This document shows, piece after piece, positions 54,262-64,000 of a DNA stretch of 64,000 bases. Numbering within the stretch: the first letter of the stretch is position 1; each line of letters begins with the position of its first letter. The translations under genes were made by a program, and so were the position numbers. The stretch is from Octopus vulgaris. Taxonomy: Eukaryota. The stretch spans positions 126,852,001 to 126,916,000 of the forward strand of contig OX597820.1 of NCBI GenBank assembly GCA_951406725.2. Direction: 5' to 3'. Under the pieces are notes generated by a model. The model made no database searches. It was not told where the DNA came from and was given only the letters and a program-made list of their open reading frames with translations.

Positions 54262-54293
54262 CATATATATACATATACATATATATATATATA

Positions 54294-54338
<45 letters not shown>

Positions 54339-54365
54339 ATATATATATGTATGTATATATATATG

Positions 54366-54410
<45 letters not shown>

Positions 54411-54513
54411 GTATGTATATATATATACGTATGTATATATACATATATGTATGTATGTATATACATATATATATATACATACATACATATATATATACAT
54501 ACACACACACATA

Positions 54514-54548
<35 letters not shown>

Positions 54549-55281
54549 TACAGGTATAGGCAGTGCCGTCTGTATAAGTTTACTTTGCAACGGTGATTCT
54601 GGGACCTGGCACCATTCCTGCAGGTGTCATCTCAGGTAAGTGTTTTTTACTAATACAAAAGCCTCATGCTTACAAATAACCAGTAAATTGAAATTTAGTT
54701 GACAGAAGTTAATATCCATTATGCGTGTGTGCATCTGAGTGTGTGTGTTTGCGTGTGTGTTTGTGTGTGTGTGTGTTTGTGTGTGTGTTGTGAGTGTGTG
54801 AGTGTTTTTGTGCAAGTGTGTGTCTACATATATAATGTATGTTATGTATGTAAATGAGCATTAATATATTTATATAACGTATATGAGTATACATATATAT
54901 ATATATATAGGCACAGGTGTGGCTGTGTGGTAAGAATGTTGCCTCCCAACTACATAGTTCTAGGTTCAGTCCCACTGCATGTGTCTTCTGCTATAGCCTC
55001 AGGCCATCCAAAGATTTGTAAGTGGATTTGGTAAACGGTAAGTGAAAGAAGCCCAACATATATGTATGTACATGTATGTATATATTTGTGTGTTTATGTT
55101 TGCCCCTCCCCCACCATTGCTTGACAACGAATGTTGGTGTGTTTACATCCCTGTAACAAAGGAGACTGATATAATAAGTACTAGGCTTACAACGAATAAT
55201 TCCTGGGGTCGATTTGTTCGATTAAAGACAGTGCTCCATTATGGCCGCAGTCAAATGCCTGAAACAAGTAAAAGAATAAAA

Positions 55282-55324
<43 letters not shown>

Positions 55325-55329
<5 letters not shown>

Positions 55330-56240
55330 GGGTTACACAAGAAAAATGGAAGCATTTTAAAATTTCAAACAAATTTATTTATTTTAATATGGGGTAGTAC
55401 TGCCTTTGGCAGTAATTACAGCTTGAATTCTATGAGGTATGGACTCGTACAAAGGTTGAATTGCTTCTAAAGGAATTTTTGTCCATTCTTCAGCTAAAAC
55501 AGTCTCCATTTCTTGTAGTGATGATGGTGGTGGATATCGACTTCTTACATGTTTTTCTAAACTGCACCATAAATGTTCAATAATATTGAGATCAGGGGAC
55601 TGTGGTGGCCAGATAAGATGTTCAACTTCACTAGAATGTTCTTCATGCCATTCAGTAACAACTTTAGCTGTGTGAATTGGTACATTATCATCCTGAAAGA
55701 TTGCGTTTCGCTCTGGAAACAGTTCTGCAACCATAGGATGAATTTGATCAGATAAAATGCTTAAATAGTCTTGACTATTAATTCTGCCATGAAGAGAAAC
55801 CATTGGGCTGGCAGATTTCCAAGATATAACCCCCCATTCCCGATCATCACAGATCCTTCTCCATGTTTAACAGTTGGAAGAAAGCAGTCTGGGTCAAATA
55901 CTTCTTTTGGCTGTCTCCACACATATACTCAACCAGTGGTCGGAAATAGGGTAAAGGATGGCTTGTCCGAGAGTCCGAGAAAATAACATTCTTGCACTGC
56001 TCTAGGGATCAATTCTGTAGGTTTTTACTCCACTCTAAACACTTTGCAACAGTTGTTTTTGAAAATAGTGGTTTTCTGTTTTCAGCCCTCCTGTGAAATC
56101 TGGCTTTGTGCAGCTCCTGGTGAACAGTTTTTGTGGGAACTGGGTTCTCGAGGTGGTCATTAAGCTCTGCAGTAATTTTGGGAGCTGTACTTTTGTGATC
56201 CTCTCTAACAATTCGCGTAAGAGTCCAACGATCCCAATCT
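55325..56240 (-). mobile_element. Tc1-family transposon (DD34E), 5'-truncated, with one TIR
   Basis: ORF 55384-55803: IFQDDNVPIH...LIWPPQSPDLNIIEHLW...RIQAVITAKGSTTPY; terminus TA-CAGGGGTTACAC at 55325. Confidence 0.92.
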
Positions 56241-56869
56241 GAAAGAACCAGACTAAAAAATAAGTCCTGGTCCCAATATGATTAACCAAACTCTTTAAGG
56301 GGGTCTCTAAAAATGGCTGCCATCCAATGATCTTACAGCAACATTCTTGTTTCTGTCCTCACTCTTGACCATTCTCTCTCTCTCCCTCTTTCTGTATCTC
56401 CTCTACAGCAAGACACCTGTTTCTGTCTCTCTGTCACACTCTAATCTTTCATCATCTGGTACAAGATCCCCTCCTCCATGTTCCCTCATTTCCTAAAGGA
56501 TCTTTTGCCTTGCAAGTTACTCGGTGACCCTGCCAGTGCTGGTGCTATGTAAAAGGCATCCAGTTCAAACTGTAAAGTGGTTGGCATTTGGAAAGCATGT
56601 AAAAACCATGCTAAAACAGATCTTTCCTGCATTGGTGCCATGTAAAATGCACTCGGCTCACTCTATGGGATGGTTGGTGTTAGGAAGGGCATTCAGCTGT
56701 AAAATACCAGGCCAAAACAGACACTGAAGCCTGGTGCAGTCTTCTACCCAGCCAGCCCCTGTCAAACTGTCCAACCCATGGCAGCATCAAAAGCAGACAT
56801 TAAATGATGATGATGGTTATGAAAAGAATAGAAGAGTAGAAATGTTTGTCTTCAATACAGGCTTCCATC

Positions 56870-56900
<31 letters not shown>

Positions 56901-59760
56901 TGTTTAACATCCGCTTTCCATGCCAGCATGGGTTGGACGGCTTGACTGAGGACTGGCAAGCCAGATGGCTGCACCAGGCTCCAATTTGATCTGTCAGAGT
57001 TTCTACAGCTGGATGCCCTTCCTAACACCAACCACTCTGAGAGTGGAGTGGGTGCTTTTACATGCCACCAGCACGAGGGCCAGTCAGGTAGTACTGGCAA
57101 TGGCCACACGAAACAGTCAATTGTTTTTCTTCCTCACGTCATGAAATATGTTATACTTGACAATTTGTAATACCATTTGGTGATAGTTTTCTCAGATAAA
57201 ATTTGATTAAAGCCATAATGGTTTCATATTTTGGCCCAAGGCCAGCAATTTTGGGGGAGGAAGGTTATAGTTTGTTTATAACCCTTGTAATATGGCAGTT
57301 TTTGCAAAAGAGACTGATGGAATTAGTACCAGCCTTAAAAATAAGCACAGGGGTTGATTTGATTTGTTTGACTAAAATCCTTCAAGACCATGCCCCAGTA
57401 TGGCCACAGTCTAATGAGTGAAACAAGTAAAAGACAAAAGTTAATAGATAAATTAATAACATTTTTTTTTTGTCTTTGGTCAATAAATGTTATTTCCTAT
57501 TTGCTTCTTTTTAGAAATCAAAGGAAATGACAACTCTTCCCTTCAAACATTGCTTTTGTGATTTGGATATCAATGTTTTGAAACTGACCTATTTTCCATT
57601 ACATTTTAGACAGATTCAGCTCTGAGTTGCTGAAGCAGAAATATCATTATAGCAAATATTCTGCTCAATACCATGGGTTTGCTTGTCTGACCATAACCAC
57701 TTGAGTATGTCCCTTAGTGGCTAACAAAATGTGTGTCTCTGATCATGGGCAGGTGCAGTGGAGGAGCATCATAGCCCGTGCTGAATTTACCATTGTGCTT
57801 AAAGTGTGCCCCCCCAATTTTTAAGTGTCAACTGTTCAAATGTTTTTCCTGATAGTTACAAAAGTGAAATTAATAATGTGAACTCCTAAATTTCCTGAAC
57901 ATATATGCCTGACTGTCCAAATATGGGGTTTCATAACTTAACTAGGGCAAGGCCTCATTTGTCCTAAATCTGGTACTGATCATAGCCATGTGTTGAGAGG
58001 AATTCTTTGGAGTTTGAATAAATGTAACAAAAGCAAAAATTGAAGGAAGTATTAGCCATTTTTTAGGGATCAGCAAATAGGAAATAACACTTGCTCCCCA
58101 AGGACAAAAATTAGGTTATACAGTGTTAATTTACTTGTTTTGTCATACCTATTTCTTTACTACCCACAAGGGGCTAAACACAGAGAGGACAAACAAGGAC
58201 AGATACATGGATAAAGTCGATTATATCGACCCCAGTGCGTAACTGGTACTTTTTTAATCGACCCCGAAAGGATGAAAGGCAAAGTTGACCTCGGCGAAAT
58301 TTGAACTCAGAACGTAGCGGCAGACAAAATACCACCAAGCATTTCACCCAGCGTGCTAACGATTCTGCCAGCTTGCCATCATCACTGTCTGGCCCTGAAG
58401 AAAGGTAAAAATGAAATTCCTGTGAGATTTGTACACAGCTCAATGAATTATGAGGCCCACACATAGTAAATTCAACAAGCATCACCTCTTGGTTTATAGC
58501 TAGAAATAGCAGCTAATTCTCCTTTAAATATCACACTGACATCTTTAAAAAAAAAAATCAAATGCAGTCCCGGTTTCCTGCACATCAAGAAAAGATGGGA
58601 TGGGATGGGATGATCAGTAATGGAAATTTTTCCATCATATCTTAGCTTGATTAAGGGTTGACCTGAGTCTAAATAACAAGAGCAGCAGTAAAACATCAAC
58701 AGTCTTCTTTGCCAGCTCCATGCTCTAAAATTATCGAAAGCCAAGTACTTGGCTTTTGATAATTCAGCAGGAGGAGGAGGAGAGGAGGAGGAGGAGTGTG
58801 GTAGTGGATAAGAGAGAGAGGGAGAAGAAGGTGGTGGAAGAGGAAGACGAAAAAGTAAAGAAGAATAAAGACGGGAGTAAAAAGAAGAAAATTTGCAAGT
58901 GAGAGGAGTAAACATGTCTCGACCAATCAATAACAATTATTAAATTTTATTTTCAGTTTCTGTTTTGCTTTTTTTTTCTTCTTTGGTGTTTTTTGCTTTT
59001 GTTATTATTTGTCTTTTTTATATGTTTTTTATCTCTGCTGTGTCTTTTGTTTCAGCCAGCATGTTGTTGTTTGTTAGCAGCAGACATTTTAACCAAAATG
59101 TAAGAAGCGAACTGACAAGAAACAGCCTAAAGATATTCTGTGGTTATTTTATTAATATTATATTTTTTTTAAAGTTTTTATTTTATTTCATTTACCATTT
59201 TTCTTTCTTTTTTTTTTTTCCTCTAACTCTTCTGTGGAAGTAAAGATAATTATGGGATGGAATGTGATTTCCCAAGATACAGATGAGAGATGATTACTTT
59301 GCAGAAAAGGCATAAAAACAAAAAAAAAATCTTTTGGGTTTTTTTTTAAATTGCATTTTCACTTGTCACATCATGTAATAGTATTACATCAGTATGAAAT
59401 GTCTTATGTAATTCGGTTTTTAGTCAAAGTGTTTGTTTGACTTGCTTATTTGTAAGAGATGAAAACCACAGTGCCCCCACGAAATTAGTGGAGGTCTGTG
59501 TTAGCAAATGATAATCAATAAAATTCGTTAAAACTAAGCAAACGGCATTTACTGATGGGAGAGGTGAGTTCAAAACTATTTGTTTTCATTGAATGTGTGG
59601 GTGTGTATGTGTGTCTTCTGTTATTCTTTTACTTGTTTCAGCCATTAGACTGTGGCCATGCTGGGGCACCACCTTGAAGAATTTTAGTCGATTGATTCAA
59701 CTCCAACCTTTTATTTTATTTTATTTATATATTTTTAAGCCTGGTACTTATTCTATCAGT

Positions 59761-60017
59761 GGAGGTGCATGGCTTAGTGGTTAGGGTGATGAACTTATGA
59801 TTGTAAGGTTGTGGTTTCGATTCCTGGACCGGGCGATGCATTGTGTTCTTGAGCAAAACACTTCATTTCACGTTGCTCCAGTCCACTCAGCTGGCAAAAA
59901 TGAGTAACGCTGTGATGGACTGGCATCCCATCCAGCTGGGGAACACATATACCATTGAAACTGGCAAACCAGGCCCATGAGCCTGGCTAGGCTGTAAAAG
60001 GGTACATTTATTTATTT
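59761..60017 (+). mobile_element. SINE family C nested in SINE A with a 16-bp TSD
   Basis: TACTTATTCTATCAGT at 59745-59760 and 60018-60033; A box TGGCTTAGTGG, B box GTTTCGATTCC. Confidence 0.88.
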
Positions 60018-60739
60018 TACTTATTCTATCAGTCTCTTTTGTGAAACCACTAAGTTACAAGGATGTAAATGTACTGACACCAGTTGTCAAGCAGGGTGGT
60101 ATACAAAACACACACACGTACGACAGGCTTCTTTCAGTTTCCATCTACCAACTCCACTCACAAGGCTTCTGTTGAGTTTTGAGCTCCAGGGAGATTATCC
60201 TAATCCAGTCTGCTTCAAATATAGTAGTTTTTATTATATGCCTAGTAGTTTTAGTGGTTATGATAAACACATCATCATCGTTTAACGTCCGCTTTCCATG
60301 CTAGCATGGGTTGGACGATTTTGACTGAGGGCTGGCGAACCAGATGGTTGCACTAGGCTCCAATCTTGATTTGGCAGAGTTTCTACAGTTGGATGCCCTT
60401 CCTAACGCCAACCACTCCGAGAGTATAGTGGGTGTTTTTTACACGCCACTTGCACGGGGGCCAGTCAGGCAGTACTGGCAACGACCTCACTCAAATCCTT
60501 TTACACATGCCACCAGCACAGGTGCCAGTAAGGTGACTTTGGTAACGATCACGCTCGAATGGTGCCCTTTTACGTGACTTTTTACGTGCCAAGTTTTTAG
60601 ATTATTTGTTCATACAAGCATTTCATTGCTGCGGTTGTTTGGAACTTCTGCATTTAAAGTTCCAAATGCAAATGGATGTGTTACCACAACAGATCACCAG
60701 GGCAACACTTTACAGTAATTATGTTACAGAGATACACAT

Positions 60740-60777
<38 letters not shown>

Positions 60778-61170
60778 CATCATCATCATTGTTGTCCCTC
60801 ACTTGCATGGGTTGGACTCTCTGACAGGATTCAAGCCAGATGACTGCATTGATCTCTGGTTATGTTTTGACATGTTTTCTATGGCTGAATGTCATTCCTA
60901 ACGCCAAGCCACTTTACAGAGTGTACTGGGTGCTTATCTTGTGGCACCGACACTAGTCAGGTCACCAGGTAACTCACAATCCAAAATTCCTGGGCTGAGA
61001 ATGATTCCATTATTGAGCGAGGTAGCTTTGTGCCCCATGTTGGGAGGCAAAGTCATAGAATGACACGAACAGTTACTTCATTGTAAAAGGGATGCATGAG
61101 TACCCCAGTTAGAAGGGGAGAAAGTTTGGTGTTGATGTGGTATCAGGGTATAACTTCAACATACAAGAGT

Positions 61171-61315
61171 GAAGGTACATGGCCGAGTGGTTAGAGCAGC
61201 GGACTCGCGGTCGAGGGATCGCAGGTTCGAGTCTCAGACCGGGCGATGTGTGTGTTTATGAGCAAAACACCTAAGCTCCACGCGGCTTCGGCAGAAGGTA
61301 ATGGTGAACTTCTGA
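61171..61315 (+). mobile_element. CpG-rich tRNA-derived SINE head (distinct family)
   Basis: A box TGGCCGAGTGG and B box GGTTCGAGTC, no proper acceptor stem, followed by a SINE-like core. Confidence 0.7.
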
Positions 61316-64000
61316 GCTCAAATCCTATCTCCTATCACTAGCCTCTTTAGTCAAGACCTAATTAACAGTGATAAGCCTTTGATGTTAGATTGACACGATA
61401 ATTGGAGTAATATCCCAATTGTATCAATATAACTGGTACTCCATCGGTTATGATGACAAGTTTGGTGAGAAAGATAAAGAAAAATAGTGGAAAAGGGAGG
61501 AGAAAGTGTTGTATATATAATAATGCATGTGAAGACCTGTTGAGGCAAGTGGAATCGAAATCGATCAAAAATCAATGGAAATTGTAGTTGTGATACCAGT
61601 GCCGGTGGCATGTAAAAGAACCATCCGAACGTGGCCATTGCCAGCGCCGCCTCAACTGGCCTCCGTGCCGGTGGCACGTAAAAAGCACCAACTGATTGTA
61701 GCCATTGCCAGCTTTGCCTGGCACCTGTGCCGGTGGCACATAAAGAGTACCCACTACACTCACAGAGTGGTTGGCGTTAGGAAGGGCATCCAGCTGTAGA
61801 AACTCTGCCAGATCAGCCTGGGCCTGGTGCAGCCTCCTAGCTTCCCAGACCCTGGTCGAACCATCCAACCCATGCTAGTATGGAAAGCAGACGTTAAACG
61901 ATGATGATGATGATGTAGTTTAATGTTCTGTTATAAGCAGAATTAACAAAAAAGTACCCAGCATGGCCTCAGCCGGATGGCTGAAACAAGTAAAAGAGTA
62001 AAAGAGTAAAAGAGTATCCAGGGAGAGGTCATTATCATTTAATAGACAGAGTATTTGAATATGTGCTGCTAATAGTTCCACACAGCTTTATATTGCATGC
62101 CTTATGTGTCCAAGCAATCCTTCAAGATCGAATGCCCAACATGCCTGGTCTTATTTGAAAAACCAAGAAAGGATGCTGGTATTTAAGCCTGAAAGATTGT
62201 TTGGGGATATATGGCATGATATGACGAGGGTTACAATGATGTGGGTTCCTGCTCATGAAATTAATGAGCACCCTTCATGCAGTTCTCAGGAGGATTCAGC
62301 ATGATACAGAAGGTGATAAGGCTAGGCCTTTGAAATACAAGTGCTACTCATTTTTGCCAGCTGAGTGGACTGTGGCAATGTGAAATAATGTGCCTTGCTC
62401 AAGGACACGATGTGCCAGCAGGAATCAAAATTATGACCTTAGATGCATCTATTTATATACGGAAAAACAAAACACAAACCTTGTATTGAAGTAGACAGAA
62501 ACATGTAGTGTAGTGGATCACCAATGTTTGACAATGGGGATTCAGTTTCCATCAGCCAAATTCACTCACAAGCTGTTGGTTGGTCCCAGGTTATGGTAGA
62601 AGACACCTGACCAAGGTACCATACAATGGGACTAAACCTGAAATCAGGTGATGATGAAGCAAAAACTTCTTAACCAAACAACCAAGAATGTCACCTCTGT
62701 TGAGTGTGGAAACAGAAGATAACATGTTTGAGTCTGTCTCTGGCATCTTCAAAGCAAAAAAGTAATGACGTATCTATGGAGTTTTCTTGCCTTCTCTTTC
62801 GATTGTTACTCGTCCAACCCATGCTAGCCTGGAAAGCGGACACTAAACGATGATGATGATGATGATGATAACTTTTTTAAAAATGCATATTCTTGTCTAA
62901 AGAAGTTTTCCAGATATATTTTAGTTGATAGATTCCAATTACGTCAAGAAAAATTATAAAAAGCAGTTTTCTTTGAAGAGTTTTTGATAATTCCCTGCCA
63001 CTCCTGATTTTATTTCTGACTTTACATTCTGGATGCATTTGTCTTAGTGGTTAGGGTGTTGGACTTATAAACAGAAGATTATGGTTTCAATTCCCGGCCC
63101 GAGCAATGCATTGTGTTCTTGAGCAAAACACTTCATTTCCCATTGCTTCTGTCCACTCACCTGCTGAAAGTGAGTCATCCTGCAACAGACTGGCGTCCCA
63201 TCCAGGTGGGGAATAAATACACCAGAGAAACGGAGAGACCAGCTCTTTGTAATGTGGACTAACCATAACATACTTTAAATACATGTCTTTTTTTATTGAA
63301 ATTTTCCAGTGATTCATTTTAGATTGTATAGATTATGATCAAAACCTTTTTTTTAAAAATTGTATCATGATACTCACATTCTACATTCACAAAAAAATAT
63401 ATCTAGAAAAATTCATTAAAAAATATGCATATTTAAGAAATTTGGGGAAAAAGGCAAAGTCGTGGCAGTTGACACACTTCTATACATCATTATACTTAAA
63501 CATAATTATGTTATCCATATTGTCTGCTATTATCATTTTTTGTTCTTTAATATTTCTCTTATCTAAGGCAATAAGTTGGCAGAAACATTAGCACGCCAGG
63601 CAAAATGCTTAGCGGTATTTTGTCTGTCTTTATGCTCTGAGTTTAAATTCCGCCAAGGTCGACTTTGCCTTTCATCCTTTTAGGGTCGATAAATTATTTA
63701 CCAGTTGTGTACTGGGGTTGATCTAATAGACTGGCCCCCACCCCAAAAGTTTTGGGCCATGTACCTAGAGTAGAAAAGAATATTTCTTCTATTTTTAAGG
63801 CAGGGAAATTGGTCCAAAATTAAAAAATATATATTTATTTCTATGTTGTTGACATCAGAGGAATTTATAAACTCTTTGGATAGAAAAAGCTTTATCTACT
63901 TCAAGTTTCATCCCTACATAAAAAATAATAATAATAAAAAGAATTATTTCACGTTCTCTCGCTGTTTCTAAATACTTCCGATGTTAACAACATACAACTC

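Noticed and set aside
61171-61250. Possible tRNA gene
   Set aside because: A and B boxes are present, but the acceptor and anticodon stems do not close and a SINE body follows.
61590-61760. Internal ~65-bp repeats of family D as an array
   Set aside because: Whole-unit degenerate tandem repeats within a dispersed retroposon; no unique spacers.
62104-62304. ORF with VTMMWVPAH, RNase H-like
   Set aside because: A single short motif with no other catalytic motifs; the 3' part runs into a SINE.
63218-63232. ACCAGAGAAAC, resembling hairpin-ribozyme loop B
   Set aside because: Part of a diverged SINE C tail; no complementary strand or loop A.

Overview
AT-rich eukaryotic non-coding DNA (intronic or intergenic), dense in microsatellites and short interspersed repeats. 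The SINE families look like those of Octopus (cephalopod); this is inferred from repeat recognition, not a search. I found no intact host gene. Nearly all listed ORFs are microsatellite read-throughs. Recognisable coding relics are all transposon-derived: Tc1 and mariner transposases, RTE- and CR1-type reverse transcriptases, an R4/Dong-type C-terminus, a zinc-knuckle ORF1 and two Penelope-type GIY-YIG endonucleases. One possible exception is a decayed tandem Ig-like repeat. The most striking signal is a set of short elements embedded in (TA)n tracts. They occur as a perfect palindrome, long inverted repeats or a tandem duplication, and they carry minimal type I hammerhead ribozyme folds with palindromic stem III. 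One has a U3-A8 covariant core. These are most likely Penelope-like pseudo-LTR or retrozyme-type derivatives. All coordinates and alignments were read by eye.
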